Source: an uncultured cyanobacterium
GTDB taxonomy: Bacteria; Cyanobacteriota; Cyanobacteriia; Phormidesmidales; Phormidesmidaceae
Direction of reading: 5' to 3'
NCBI GenBank assembly: GCA_963793265.1
Contig: CAWBZI010000007.1
Location: 224,001 to 288,000 of the forward strand
Length of the DNA: 64,000 bases
Below, piece by piece: positions 31,467 to 42,101 of the stretch (position 1 is the stretch's first letter; each line of letters starts with the position of its first letter). The position numbers were made by a program, and so were the translations under genes. The notes beneath the pieces were generated by a model. It did not search any database, had not been told where the DNA came from, and saw nothing but the letters and a program-made list of their open reading frames with translations.

Positions 31467-32402
31467 ATGAATCATCGTTTTTTGCTTCGGCTTGCCACAA
31501 ACTTCGCGGTTGTTTTGCTCACACTCTCTTGCTTTGGCATTGTGCTATGGGTGATTGATGAGTTTTTGATGTGGGATATCTTACCGGAGACGTGGAGTCT
31601 CGCTGTGCGGGCTTTGCTTGTTGCAGGTGGGATTATTGCTTTTGTATTGGTGGTGATGAATGTGCTGCTGTCTTTTGCACTGCTGGCTGAGGCGAATGCA
31701 AGTCGGGCAGGGCTGCCAAACTACGGGGTATCGGTGCAGCTAAAGCGGCGGGTGCGGCGGGCAATTGTTGCAGGGATTGTTGCGGTCGCACTCATTATTG
31801 CGGGCCTGCAAGTCACCAATCACTTTCGTGAGCAGGTCGCCGCGCGCGAGGCCAAAGCCGAGTTTATTCAGGTTCAAAACGACTTAGATTCATCTATGGC
31901 AGAAGTGCTAGCCCTATTTACGCCGCCACTTTTAGAAGCACTCGATACGAATACGCTTGCAGAGAAAGGTCAGCTTGGGAATATGAGCAAGCTGCTGAAT
32001 GCGATTGAGTCTTCTTTTCCACATGCACCGACTGCTAAATTGCTGGTGCGATCGCCTCAAGCTCCGTTCAAATATGCACAGATTGATGAAAGCAGCATTC
32101 GCTCTAGCAATGGAAGACTGTTATTATCGCCAACGCTATACGCAAACTTTCCTAGCCAAAGAGAATCTGTTGCCATAGAGCAGCTATTCGCAGGCGAGCT
32201 ACCCGTCATCTCTGAATCCTTAGCCGGTCAGGTCATTAACAACACCTTGCCTAGCACCTGGGGCGTACTCCAACGCGACGGCCAAGTCATAGCCGTTGTA
32301 CACCTGCAAAGCAGTCGATTCTACGACTTTGTTACCCGCAGCTCGCCTGGCTTTCACCACGATGGGCCAGCGACGCTGATTAGCAGCGGTATTGGGTCAT
32401 GA
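31467..32402 (+). CDS. Hypothetical membrane protein (three N-terminal TM helices + soluble domain)
   Basis: 311-aa ORF with clear hydrophobic segments; family not recognised. Confidence 0.7.
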   Translation: MNHRFLLRLATNFAVVLLTLSCFGIVLWVIDEFLMWDILPETWSLAVRALLVAGGIIAFVLVVMNVLLSFALLAEANASRAGLPNYGVSVQLKRRVRRAIVAGIVAVALIIAGLQVTNHFREQVAAREAKAEFIQVQNDLDSSMAEVLALFTPPLLEALDTNTLAEKGQLGNMSKLLNAIESSFPHAPTAKLLVRSPQAPFKYAQIDESSIRSSNGRLLLSPTLYANFPSQRESVAIEQLFAGELPVISESLAGQVINNTLPSTWGVLQRDGQVIAVVHLQSSRFYDFVTRSSPGFHHDGPATLISSGIGS

Positions 32403-32442
32403 ATGAGAATTGTTTTCTCGGATCTTTGATGTGTCAGCCGGA

Positions 32443-32500
32443 GGGCATAAGATCTTATGCCCCTACAATAATTTCTGTAGGGACATAGGGCTTTACGCCC
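32443..32500. repeat. Inverted doublet of GTAG-type REP-like palindromes
   Basis: gggcataagatcttatgcccctac (32443-32466), a 10-nt spacer, then gtagggacatagggctttacgccc (32477-32500), between convergent genes. Confidence 0.8.
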
Positions 32501-32523
32501 GGTTGTGGCAAATACAGTTCCGT

Positions 32524-33534
32524 TTAGAACAAACTGCTGAACGCGCGCGCCATATTGCTTGGCTGCAAAGCTGCCGCTGCTGCTGTCGGTTCGTAGCCGC
32601 AGTGAACCATGCAGTCAGCACACTTGGGATTGCCGCTCTTGAAGCCGTATTCCTCCCAATTTGTGTTGTCTAGCAGTTCTTGGAACGTCTTGTAGTAGCC
32701 TTCATTTAGCAAGTAGCAAGGCTTTTGCCAGCCTAAAACGCTGTAGCTAGGACTGCCCCAGGGCGTACAGTCATAGTCTTTTTGACCGGTTAAAAAGTCT
32801 AAAAAGAGAGGATTGTGGTTGAAGTCCCAAGCCTTTTTCCCAGCGTTAAAAGGAGCCAAGATCTCTCTAAATAGGGCTTTCGTTTGTTCGCGCTGTAAAA
32901 AGTGGTCTTGATCGGGAGCCCAGCGGTAGCCGTAGCCAGGCGACACCATAATGCCGTCTACTTCTAGCTCTGTAAGATAGTCAAATAAGTTTTGAATTTC
33001 TTTGGGATTGGTGCCCTCAAACACGGTGGTGTTTGTCGTAACCCGAAAGCCCTTGGCCTTAGCCGCTCGAATGGCGCTAACGGCAATATCAAACACACCT
33101 TTGCGATCAACGCATTGATCGTGCAGCTCCTTCATACCGTCTAAGTGAACGCTGAAGCTAAAATAGGGCGACGGCGAAAACTTAGACAGGCTCTTCTCTA
33201 GCAGCAGGCCATTTGTACAAAGATAAACAAACTTTTTGCGATCAATTAAGCCTTGAACGATCTCCTCAATTTGAGGGTGTAAAAGCGGCTCTCCCCCTGG
33301 AATAGAAACCACAGGTGCCCCGCATTCTTCTACCACAGCAAAACATTCTTCTGGTGAGAGCTGCTGCTTAAGAATCTCTTTAGTATGCTGAATTTTGCCG
33401 CAGCCCGAGCAAGCTAGGTTGCAGCGAAACAACGGTTCTAGCATCAGTACTAGCGGATACTTTTTGCGCCCTTTGAGCCTTTGAGTCACGAGATATTGAC
33501 CGACTGAAAGCGCTTGTTGGAGATGAATGCCCAT
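32524..33534 (-). CDS. hpnH: Adenosyl-hopene transferase, radical SAM
   Basis: [23 protein letters not shown] (CxxxCxxC), [22 protein letters not shown] and [11 protein letters not shown]; hopanoid gene context. Confidence 0.93.
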   Translation of the reverse strand: MGIHLQQALSVGQYLVTQRLKGRKKYPLVLMLEPLFRCNLACSGCGKIQHTKEILKQQLSPEECFAVVEECGAPVVSIPGGEPLLHPQIEEIVQGLIDRKKFVYLCTNGLLLEKSLSKFSPSPYFSFSVHLDGMKELHDQCVDRKGVFDIAVSAIRAAKAKGFRVTTNTTVFEGTNPKEIQNLFDYLTELEVDGIMVSPGYGYRWAPDQDHFLQREQTKALFREILAPFNAGKKAWDFNHNPLFLDFLTGQKDYDCTPWGSPSYSVLGWQKPCYLLNEGYYKTFQELLDNTNWEEYGFKSGNPKCADCMVHCGYEPTAAAAALQPSNMARAFSSLF

Positions 33535-33852
33535 TAACTTATCTGTTCCTCGCGGTTATTTCTGAATTATCTTTAGCAATGACTTACCCTAAGACAGTTT
33601 CTATAAAAATAGAAATCTGGTAAGACCTAATCTTTCAAGCAGCACATAAGCCTTTTACAAGGCTATTACTCTACTCTAGAATCAAATTAATGTTTTTTCA
33701 GCGCGATCGCTCAAACGTTACGCATTTTTTGATACCTATCCCTTACTATTATTCTGATAGATATTCGCTTGTGATAAATTAATCCAACATTAATTTATTC
33801 CGTGTAACAAAGCAGCACAATCGTAACTATAACCGGTGTCTGAGGAAAAAGA

Positions 33853-34686
33853 ATGTTTACTGTTAATTCTGCGACTAATTCTGCTTTAGACTTGCTAAAA
33901 GCAACGAGTCGTACATTTTATATACCTATTAGCCTGCTACCCAAAGGTCTTAAAGAAGCCGTTGCCTCAGCTTATCTATGCATGAGAGCAATCGATCAAA
34001 TCGAAGATCATCCCGATTTGGACTATGTGGTAAAAGCCAAGCTGCTCAGGCAAATTAGCCTCAACTTACAGGCCGGAACCGCCTCGTCTTCAGCCGCAGA
34101 TTTTGCCGCCGGGCTCAGCGATTTTGATTCACACCTCGAAGAAGTCTCGCTCAGAATTGGTGAATGGGCCCTACTCGCCCCTGAAAGCATTGCCCCTCGT
34201 ATTTGGGACGCTACAGCAGCCATGGCTGACAGAATGGCCTATTGGGCCGAGCGTAACTGGCGGATTCAAACCGAAGCCGACTTGAACCAGTACACCTTTA
34301 GCGTGGCGGGCGCAGTCGGGCTCATGCTCTCAGATATCTGGGCTTGGCACGATGGCACCTCTACTAACCGCACGGATGCGATCAGCTTTGGCCGCGGCTT
34401 GCAGGCGGTGAATATTTTGCGCAACCACAGCGAAGATATGACCCGAGGCGCAGACTTTTATCCCGATGGCTGGAGCGATGCCGATATGCAAAGCTTCGCC
34501 CGCGAAAACTTAGCCAGAGCCGACGCCTACGCCGCCTCCCTACCCATTGGCCCGGCGCTGCTGTTTTGCAGAATTCCGCTCGCCCTAGCGCACGCGACGC
34601 TAGATGCGATGTCGCAAGGCAAAGAAAAGCTTACGCGCAATGATGTCTTAGCAATAGTGGCCCCGCTGAGCAAAATCGCGAGCTAG
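33853..34686 (+). CDS. Squalene/phytoene synthase family protein, probable squalene synthase
   Basis: TSRTF, YLCMRAIDQIED, YTFSVAGAVG and FGRGLQAVNILRN; hopanoid gene context. Confidence 0.85.
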   Translation: MFTVNSATNSALDLLKATSRTFYIPISLLPKGLKEAVASAYLCMRAIDQIEDHPDLDYVVKAKLLRQISLNLQAGTASSSAADFAAGLSDFDSHLEEVSLRIGEWALLAPESIAPRIWDATAAMADRMAYWAERNWRIQTEADLNQYTFSVAGAVGLMLSDIWAWHDGTSTNRTDAISFGRGLQAVNILRNHSEDMTRGADFYPDGWSDADMQSFARENLARADAYAASLPIGPALLFCRIPLALAHATLDAMSQGKEKLTRNDVLAIVAPLSKIAS

Positions 34687-34752
34687 CCGCGCCGCAGGTC
34701 GCTATAGGCAGACCACTATAAAATAGGGCCATTGTGAAGGCAATATCTGACC

Positions 34753-37524
34753 ATGCGTCTACCTAAGCTGCGATCGCCCCGATTTATCACTCGCTTTACG
34801 AACAGCGCCATTCGAGAGCGGCTGAATATTTCCAGGCTCGCTATCCAGCACTCTGGGCTGACCATTTTCTGCTGGATAGCGATCGCAGTTGCCGGTCTAT
34901 TTGCCTTTAGCTCGCTCAAATACGCCCTTTTCCCCGATATTACCTTTCCGGTTGTTGTCGTTAACGCCACCGCGCCTACGGCTACCGCGCTAGAGAGCGA
35001 ATCGCAGCTCACTAACCCGATTGAGCAACAGCTACAGGCGCTTGATGGTCTAAATGAAATGGTGTCTTCGACGTTTGCCGGGCGCAGCGTCACGAATTTA
35101 CGTTTCAAGGTCGGGACGAATCTGGCTGAAACAACCGCCGCCGTAGAAGCGAATATTGCAGCAGCGGACTTACCGGCCTCAGCAGATGTTGAGGTGGTGC
35201 CGCTTAACCTTAATGAAGAGACAGCGGTGAGCTACGCGATTACAAGCGATCGCCTCTCTACCGATGAGCTAGCTGCCTTGAGCGAGCGGGAAATCTTGCC
35301 TGCGCTGCGTTCAGTAGAAGGCGTACTGCGGGTTGATTTACTGGGTACCGGGATCGCTGCAAATGCCCTAGATGTCAGCAGCGAACCGAGTGAGAACTTT
35401 CTGGCAGATTTGCGCAACTCACCGACGCTCGTCCGGTTTGATGGTGAAGATGCACTGGCGTTTCAGGTTGTCAAGCGCGGCGATGCCAATACGCTAGAGG
35501 TGGTCAGTCGGTTAGAGGCAGAAGTTCAGCAGATTAGAGCGGATTTCCCTGACGTAGCGCTCTCGATGGCGGCTTCGCAGGCTGATTTTATTCGCGCTTC
35601 AACGCGGGCGACGATTGATTCTTTGATAGGGGCCGTTGCGATCGCAGTCTTGGTCATCTTCGGCTTTCTAAAAAGCTGGCGAGCCACCCTCATCACAGCG
35701 CTGGCCATTCCGCTTTCGCTGCTCGGCACCTGCATTGTCATGGCCGTTTACGGCTTTAATTTAGAAACCATCACGCTGCTCGCTTTGGCCCTGGTTATCG
35801 GCATTATCGTAGACGACGCTATTGTCGAAATTGAAAATATTATTCGTCATATCGAGCTAGGCCAAAGCCCGCGTCAGGCAGCGCTGATAGCCACAGATGA
35901 AATTGGACTGACGGTATCGGCTTCTACGCTGACGATTGTGGCTGTATTTTTGCCGGTTGCCTTTATGGGCGGGACGATTGGGCAGTTTTTCAAGCCGTTC
36001 GGGCTCACAATCTCGGCATCTGTGCTGGTATCTTTGCTGGTGGCGCGGACGCTGACGCCTGTACTGGCCGTTTATTGGCTGAAGCCGAAGCAGTACGGTA
36101 ATGGTGCGATCGCGCCTGAGTCTCATGTGAATGAAGAAAGCCTGGAAGAAACAGCGCCCGTATCTTGGTTGGAGCAAGGCTATAGCAGACTATTGTCCTG
36201 GTCGCTGGCCTATCGGTGGGCGGTTGTGGGAATTGCGATCGCTAGCTTCATTGCCGGAGTCGCAATCATTCCACTCATTCCCCAGGGCTTCATCCCACAG
36301 CTCGACCGGGGCGAATTCTACCTTAACTACACGGTGCCCCTACCGCAGGTGCCACAGAATGTCTCGCAAGGCACTTTTCTCGAACAGCAACAGAATCAAC
36401 AAAATTTCTCACAATCGCCTGTTGATCCTAGAGTGCGCTTACTACAACAATCTTTTGCGACCGGAGGAACTCTAGAAGAAACGGTGTTAACGCTGCCAGA
36501 CGTGGAATCAGTTTTGACTACTGTTGGCGGACAGGGTAGGCCAAATCAGGGCAGTTTATACATCAAGCTGAGAAGCGATCGCATGCTCGACACGGCCACC
36601 GTACAATCACAGCTTCGCCAAAAGCTACCCCCACAAAGCGAAGTCACCACCAGCGTAGAAGACGTTCAGTTTATTGATACGGGTGGTGAAAAGCCCCTAC
36701 AGATATCTTTGCTCAGCGATAATTTGGCCACGCTCAATCAGGCCGCTGCTGATGTTAAGTCTCAGATTGAAGATCTCCCTGGCTTTGCCGACGTGCGCGT
36801 ATCGACAGAAGAGAATACTGCCGAAACAACCACTGAAATCAATCATCGCAACGGCCAAAGGGCCGTGTTCATCAGCGCTAACCTGGCTAAAGGAGAAGCC
36901 TTGGGCGATGCCACCGATCAGGTAGTCGCTGTTGCTGAATCTGTTGTTCCACCAGACGTTCGCATTAGCTTAGGCGGCGACTCAGCTCGCATTGGAGAAG
37001 TATTAGGTAGCTTTGCAAGAACGCTCGTACTTGCCGTTTTCTGTATGCTCGCAGTCTTGTTCCTTCCTTTCGGAAGACTGCTAGAACCGGCAGTAGTCGG
37101 CCTTTCTCTACCGCTTTCAATCGTTGGCTCGATGTTAGCTTTGCTGGTCACTCGCAGCGATTTTGGCATGGTGTCTTTGTTAGGATTGCTGTTTTTGCTA
37201 GGCTTGCTCGACAAAAACGCGCTTTTGCTCATGGACTACACCAATCAGCTACGGCGAGCCGGTATGGCACGAACCGCCGCGATCGTGAAAACAGGGCTAG
37301 TGCGGCTACGTCCTATTTTAATGACAACGGCTTCGACCGTTTTAGGAATGCTGCCAATCGCCTTCGGACTAGGTGCAGGTTCCGAGCTGCGTCAGCCTTT
37401 AGCCGTCGCTATCATTGGCGGACTGCTGACATCCACGCTATTAAGCTTAGTCGTAGTGCCCGTCCTCTACAGTTTATTAGAAGATGGCTGGGCAAGAATT
37501 ACACGGCAACGCAAGCGGGCTTAA
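34753..37524 (+). CDS. Short AcrB-family RND transporter lacking docking subdomains
   Basis: LFPDITFPVV, GIIVDDAIVEIEN, LDKNALLL and RLRPILMTT; only 923 aa. Confidence 0.88.
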   Translation: MRLPKLRSPRFITRFTNSAIRERLNISRLAIQHSGLTIFCWIAIAVAGLFAFSSLKYALFPDITFPVVVVNATAPTATALESESQLTNPIEQQLQALDGLNEMVSSTFAGRSVTNLRFKVGTNLAETTAAVEANIAAADLPASADVEVVPLNLNEETAVSYAITSDRLSTDELAALSEREILPALRSVEGVLRVDLLGTGIAANALDVSSEPSENFLADLRNSPTLVRFDGEDALAFQVVKRGDANTLEVVSRLEAEVQQIRADFPDVALSMAASQADFIRASTRATIDSLIGAVAIAVLVIFGFLKSWRATLITALAIPLSLLGTCIVMAVYGFNLETITLLALALVIGIIVDDAIVEIENIIRHIELGQSPRQAALIATDEIGLTVSASTLTIVAVFLPVAFMGGTIGQFFKPFGLTISASVLVSLLVARTLTPVLAVYWLKPKQYGNGAIAPESHVNEESLEETAPVSWLEQGYSRLLSWSLAYRWAVVGIAIASFIAGVAIIPLIPQGFIPQLDRGEFYLNYTVPLPQVPQNVSQGTFLEQQQNQQNFSQSPVDPRVRLLQQSFATGGTLEETVLTLPDVESVLTTVGGQGRPNQGSLYIKLRSDRMLDTATVQSQLRQKLPPQSEVTTSVEDVQFIDTGGEKPLQISLLSDNLATLNQAAADVKSQIEDLPGFADVRVSTEENTAETTTEINHRNGQRAVFISANLAKGEALGDATDQVVAVAESVVPPDVRISLGGDSARIGEVLGSFARTLVLAVFCMLAVLFLPFGRLLEPAVVGLSLPLSIVGSMLALLVTRSDFGMVSLLGLLFLLGLLDKNALLLMDYTNQLRRAGMARTAAIVKTGLVRLRPILMTTASTVLGMLPIAFGLGAGSELRQPLAVAIIGGLLTSTLLSLVVVPVLYSLLEDGWARITRQRKRA

Positions 37525-37558
37525 AGGACTTAGCTGCTAAATCACAGAGAGACATCGA

Positions 37559-38173
37559 ATGAGTACAGAGATCGTCAGCATTATTCTCGCTGCTATCAGT
37601 GCCTTACTAGGTTGGTTTTTCGGTACTCGCGCGGAGAGAGCAGCCAGAGAGCAATATCGACTAAACGCCATATCATTTGCTAGTAGTTGGTACTCCGACC
37701 TAAGGGCTTGGGCCTCCGAAGTTATTAGCTTGCTGAGCGAAGCTGCTGAACGGTGTGACGATACACAAGCAATTGATTTAAAACAAACGGAAGCTCTTGT
37801 GGTCTGTCGATATAGGCTGTCTGCTTTGATTGATCGCGGACGCTTTTTCTTGCCTAATAGACTGCATGAGACATACGGAACGCATAAGCCTGAAGCTTAC
37901 AAGGGAATTCGACATCCGGCACTTGATTACCTAGTTGCTGCGTATCAGATACTAGATGGCAGCGCAACAGTTTCAGAATTCGGATTTGACAATGAGAAAA
38001 GAGCACTCATTGAACTGAAATACCAATTTGTATCTGCTATTCAAGTTGTATTAGACCCTCGACTTCATACGAAAGAGATCAGCAGTTTAGTAGAAGACTC
38101 TCGTAAGGAAAAACTAGAGAAGGCATCGCCCATTGATAAGCTCCTAAATAAACTTTCCCGAGCAAAAAAATAA
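37559..38173 (+). CDS. Hypothetical protein with single N-terminal TM helix
   Basis: 204-aa ORF filling the gap after the RND gene; family not recognised. Confidence 0.7.
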   Translation: MSTEIVSIILAAISALLGWFFGTRAERAAREQYRLNAISFASSWYSDLRAWASEVISLLSEAAERCDDTQAIDLKQTEALVVCRYRLSALIDRGRFFLPNRLHETYGTHKPEAYKGIRHPALDYLVAAYQILDGSATVSEFGFDNEKRALIELKYQFVSAIQVVLDPRLHTKEISSLVEDSRKEKLEKASPIDKLLNKLSRAKK

Positions 38174-38269
38174 GCCATAGCCCTTCTGTTACATAAGTGG
38201 TAGCGATCAGCCCCGAACTTAACCAAATAACGGTCGTTACCCAATCCAACAGCGCTAATGTGAATTACG

Positions 38270-39379
38270 CTATGTTCTCCTAATATCGGGCATGTCATAA
38301 CCCCATTGCTCAATAAATGGTTGCCATCTATCTTTCACCACTTGCATAGCTTCTAGCGAAAAAGCATATTTGTTTTTACGATAGCTTTTTTGAGAATCAA
38401 GGTACGTCTGAAACAAAGGCTCCGCACTCTCCCATCCTGCTATCTCAAGCTGCGTATAAATCTGCTTCAAATGCCCTATCGGATCGGTTTCAAACGTCTC
38501 AAACTGTAGCTCTATAAAATCTTTCTCAGGCAGCGTTTTGGTATCATCAAAAAGCGCCTCCATCATTTTCGGATAGCTCTCTAAAATAGTCTCACTTACC
38601 GGCACATGCTCAAACGATTGCAGCGACAGCTCAGGTAAAAGCTTGTCGTAAAAGTTGAGCGTCGATTGGTAAACAATGTATGGATTTCGATAGATGTGAA
38701 TGAATTTAGCTTGGGGCCATAGCGATCGCAACCGCTCAATCCGACCCGTATACACCGGATTCTTAATCAATAGCTGCCTACCCGGACTTTGCATCCGCAG
38801 CTTCTTATACAGGTGCCTCATAGCATCCTGCCACGCTTCAATTTCTAGATCGTCACAGCCTTCAAAAAAGAGCCCAGCGTTAAAATTCTCAGTGAAGTTT
38901 TTCGGGAAATAAAGCCCGTGATAAAAAGACAAAAGCTGCATACTCGCCAGCGCAATTTCGTCCTCCTGAGGAGAATCTGGATTTACTGCTACTTTGTCAA
39001 TAAAGCGGCCTTCTGGCAGTGCCTTCTCTAGTACCGGACGCAGCAGATTGCCAAGCGTCAAAAAGTCCCACGGTAAACCTGTGGCCAGCGGCGCGATATA
39101 AGAAAACTGGGGAGAACGGCACAGCAGATTGTGCAAAAAAGTGGTGCCGCTGCGCCAGTGACCGACAATGAAGATAGGGGGAATTTGATTGGATTCGGGG
39201 AGAGGCGATCGCGCCACACTCCACCGTTCATACGTCGAGAAGGGCCAGCGCAATAGCGCCACCGACAAAATAATCGCCAGATGAACAGGATACTCACCTG
39301 CGCCGTTATGCCGTAGCAGAGCAAAAAGCGTTCTCAGATTCACACCCATCAACGGATGCAGGTATCGAGGAGAAGTCAT
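38270..39379 (-). CDS. PAPS-dependent sulfotransferase family protein
   Basis: 5'-PSB motif IFIVGHWRSGTTFLHNLL, PQEDE, LIKNP and 3'-PB motif FIHIYRNPY...S. Confidence 0.88.
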   Translation of the reverse strand: MTSPRYLHPLMGVNLRTLFALLRHNGAGEYPVHLAIILSVALLRWPFSTYERWSVARSPLPESNQIPPIFIVGHWRSGTTFLHNLLCRSPQFSYIAPLATGLPWDFLTLGNLLRPVLEKALPEGRFIDKVAVNPDSPQEDEIALASMQLLSFYHGLYFPKNFTENFNAGLFFEGCDDLEIEAWQDAMRHLYKKLRMQSPGRQLLIKNPVYTGRIERLRSLWPQAKFIHIYRNPYIVYQSTLNFYDKLLPELSLQSFEHVPVSETILESYPKMMEALFDDTKTLPEKDFIELQFETFETDPIGHLKQIYTQLEIAGWESAEPLFQTYLDSQKSYRKNKYAFSLEAMQVVKDRWQPFIEQWGYDMPDIRRT

Positions 39380-39393
39380 ATCTTTTGTTTCAG

Positions 39394-40374
39394 CTAAATG
39401 TAGCCATTATCAACAAACCAATTCACCTCGCGCTGTAAAGCCGCCGAGATTGGCGTCTGTGGTAGCCCCAGTTCGCGGACAGCCTTAGAAGCATCGTAAT
39501 ACATCGTTTTAGTCCCCATCCGAACGCCGTCTAGCGGCACATTAGGCGCTTTGCCAAACCGGGCCAAAATATTCTCTTCGATCCAGGCCACACTCATCGG
39601 CACCGCGACCGGAATCGACTTCTCAGGCGCAGGTGTGCCGGTCATGGCTTCGAGCATATCCAGCATGGCCTTCAGCTTCATATTTTGATTGCCTAGAATG
39701 TAGCGATCGCCTGCCTTCCCCTTTTGCAGCGCCAGCAAATGCCCCCAAGCCACATCCTCAACGTCGATCACATTCAGCCCCGTATCCAAATAAAACGGCA
39801 TTTTCTGCTTCAAAAACCGCACAAAAATATTCCCCGTCGGTGTCGGCCCAATATCCCAAGCCCCAATCGGTGAAGTCGGATTCACAATCACCACATCCTG
39901 ACCGGCCTCAGCCGCCTTCACCGCCTCCTGCTCCGCCCAATATTTTGACTTACGATAGTGCCCAATCAGCTCGTCAACACCCGACTGATGCGTCTCGTCT
40001 ACCGCAACGCCTTTCTCACCTAAGCCAATCGCCGCCGCCGAGCTAGTGTAAACCGTGCGCGCTACACCCGCTCGATTCGCAGCAGCCAAACAGTTCCGCG
40101 TACCCAAAACATTATCTAGCTGAAGCTGATCCTGATCGGTTTGCCAAAGAGAATAGTAGGCCGCAATATGGAACAGCGCCTCGCAGCCCTCCATTTTCTC
40201 CCACAGGTCATCATCGTTCAAATTTCCAGTGACCGTCTCCACCTTAAGCCCCCGCAAATTGTCGAGGCGACTCGTAGGCCGTACTAAAGCGCGGACGCTA
40301 TGTCCCTCTTGCAGCAGCAGGCGAACCACATTTGCGCCAATAAATCCGGTTCCGCCTGTGACAAATATTTGCAT
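39394..40374 (-). CDS. hpnA: Hopanoid-associated NAD-dependent epimerase/dehydratase
   Basis: VTGGTGFIG, FHIAAYYSLW, YRKSK, VNPTSPIGAWDIGPTPTG and DTGLNVIDVEDVA. Confidence 0.9.
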   Translation of the reverse strand: MQIFVTGGTGFIGANVVRLLLQEGHSVRALVRPTSRLDNLRGLKVETVTGNLNDDDLWEKMEGCEALFHIAAYYSLWQTDQDQLQLDNVLGTRNCLAAANRAGVARTVYTSSAAAIGLGEKGVAVDETHQSGVDELIGHYRKSKYWAEQEAVKAAEAGQDVVIVNPTSPIGAWDIGPTPTGNIFVRFLKQKMPFYLDTGLNVIDVEDVAWGHLLALQKGKAGDRYILGNQNMKLKAMLDMLEAMTGTPAPEKSIPVAVPMSVAWIEENILARFGKAPNVPLDGVRMGTKTMYYDASKAVRELGLPQTPISAALQREVNWFVDNGYI

Positions 40375-40466
40375 CGGTTACGATTTTCTGTTGTTTATTG
40401 ATAGTCTATTCTCTTCAGAGAATTGTTACACGCCGAAGATACCCTACACCTTAAAAAAAGATTTTA

Positions 40467-42101
40467 ATGGATCTTATTGTCTTTTTATTCAAATCCTCCT
40501 GGAAATCAGCGGCGATCGCTCTCATCACAGGCATCATCAGCGGCGGCTGTAGCGCCGGACTCATCGCCCTCATCAGCCAAACCGTCGCCCAAAGCCAAGT
40601 CCCCTCAAGCACCACCATTACAGCCTTCATCGCACTAGGGGCCGTTACCCTAGCCGCTGCTACCGCCGCCCGCATTCTCCTCGTCCGCTTCTCCCAGGCC
40701 GTCGTCTTCGATCTGCAAATGCGCCTCAGCCGCCAAATTTTAGCAACCGAACTTAAGCCACTAGAGACAATCGGTCTTCCTCGTTTACTCGTCATTCTCA
40801 CAGAAGATATTCAGGTTGTGGCCACGGCTGTGGGATTCGTGCCCGTACTGACAATTAATATTGCCAGCGCGGCAGGCTGCATGGTGTATATTTCGTGGCT
40901 CTCTTGGCAGGTTTTGGCGCTGGTGCTGCTGCTGACAGCGATCGCAACCGTAAGCTGCCAATGGTTCCTCATTCAGGGCAAACAGGCCCTCGCCGCCGCC
41001 CGTCAGCAGCAAGACCGCCTGTTCCAACATTTTCGCAGTCTCATTGATGGCGTCAAAGAGCTAAAGCTGCAATACAACGGACGCCAAGATTTCCTCAGCG
41101 CAGATCTAGAATGGACAGCGAGGCAGATGCAGCGCTCTAATCAGCGGGGTCTGAGCCTATTAGCAGTGCTCGATAGCTGGGGCAAGTTTATTTACTTTTT
41201 TGCAGTTGGCCTCATCCTATTTTTACTACCCACATGGATTGACATTAGTCTGCAAACTCGCTTTGCCTACGTGCTCACGTTCACTTATCTACTCGGCCCT
41301 ATGGAGAGCCTAGTTAACAAGCTACCGATGTTGAGCAAAGCAGGAATTGCGCTTGGCAGGATTAAGGCACTCGGTTTAAGTTTAAACTCGCCAGATAACC
41401 AGGCCGCACCCAAGCCAATCGTCCAAAGCCCTCACTTACAGCTACAGCAGGTGAGCCATACGTATCGAACCGATCAGGGTGATCGCGAATTTACCCTCGG
41501 CCCCATAGATCTCTCCCTGAAACCAGGAGAACTCATTTTCATCGTCGGTGGCAACGGCAGTGGCAAATCCACCCTCGCCAAGCTACTAACCGGCCTCTAT
41601 CAGCCGCAGTCCGGCTCAATTCAACTAAACGGCCAGACAATAGACAACACCAACCAGGAATGGTATCGCCAGCATTTCTCCGCTGTTTTCTCAGACTTTT
41701 ACCTATTCGAGCGCTTATTAGGTGCTAACAAACCTACTGACGACACTACCGCCTTAAAATATTTGAAACAGCTCCAGCTCGATCACAAAGTCAGCGTTGA
41801 TCAAGGGCAGTTTTCAACAACAGCACTTTCTCAGGGCCAGCGCAAACGGCTCACCCTGCTAAACGCCTACCTACAAAGCCGCCCGATATACCTCTTTGAC
41901 GAATGGGCCGCCGACCAAGATCCCACATTTAAAGACATTTTCTACACTCAAATTTTGGCTAATCTCAAATCTCAAGGCAAAATTATCTTTGTCATCAGCC
42001 ATGACGACCAGTACTTTCATCTGGCCGACCGCTTAATCAAGCTTGACTATGGCAGCATCGTTTACAATGGCTCTCCTGAACAGGCCGCTTATGCCAGATA
42101 A
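40467..42101 (+). CDS. PvdE/SyrD/YojI-type ABC exporter (fused TMD-NBD)
   Basis: TM domain, GVKELKL, FTLGPIDL, GGNGSGKST, FSAVFSDFYLF, LSQGQRKRL and FDEWAADQDP. Confidence 0.92.
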   Translation: MDLIVFLFKSSWKSAAIALITGIISGGCSAGLIALISQTVAQSQVPSSTTITAFIALGAVTLAAATAARILLVRFSQAVVFDLQMRLSRQILATELKPLETIGLPRLLVILTEDIQVVATAVGFVPVLTINIASAAGCMVYISWLSWQVLALVLLLTAIATVSCQWFLIQGKQALAAARQQQDRLFQHFRSLIDGVKELKLQYNGRQDFLSADLEWTARQMQRSNQRGLSLLAVLDSWGKFIYFFAVGLILFLLPTWIDISLQTRFAYVLTFTYLLGPMESLVNKLPMLSKAGIALGRIKALGLSLNSPDNQAAPKPIVQSPHLQLQQVSHTYRTDQGDREFTLGPIDLSLKPGELIFIVGGNGSGKSTLAKLLTGLYQPQSGSIQLNGQTIDNTNQEWYRQHFSAVFSDFYLFERLLGANKPTDDTTALKYLKQLQLDHKVSVDQGQFSTTALSQGQRKRLTLLNAYLQSRPIYLFDEWAADQDPTFKDIFYTQILANLKSQGKIIFVISHDDQYFHLADRLIKLDYGSIVYNGSPEQAAYAR

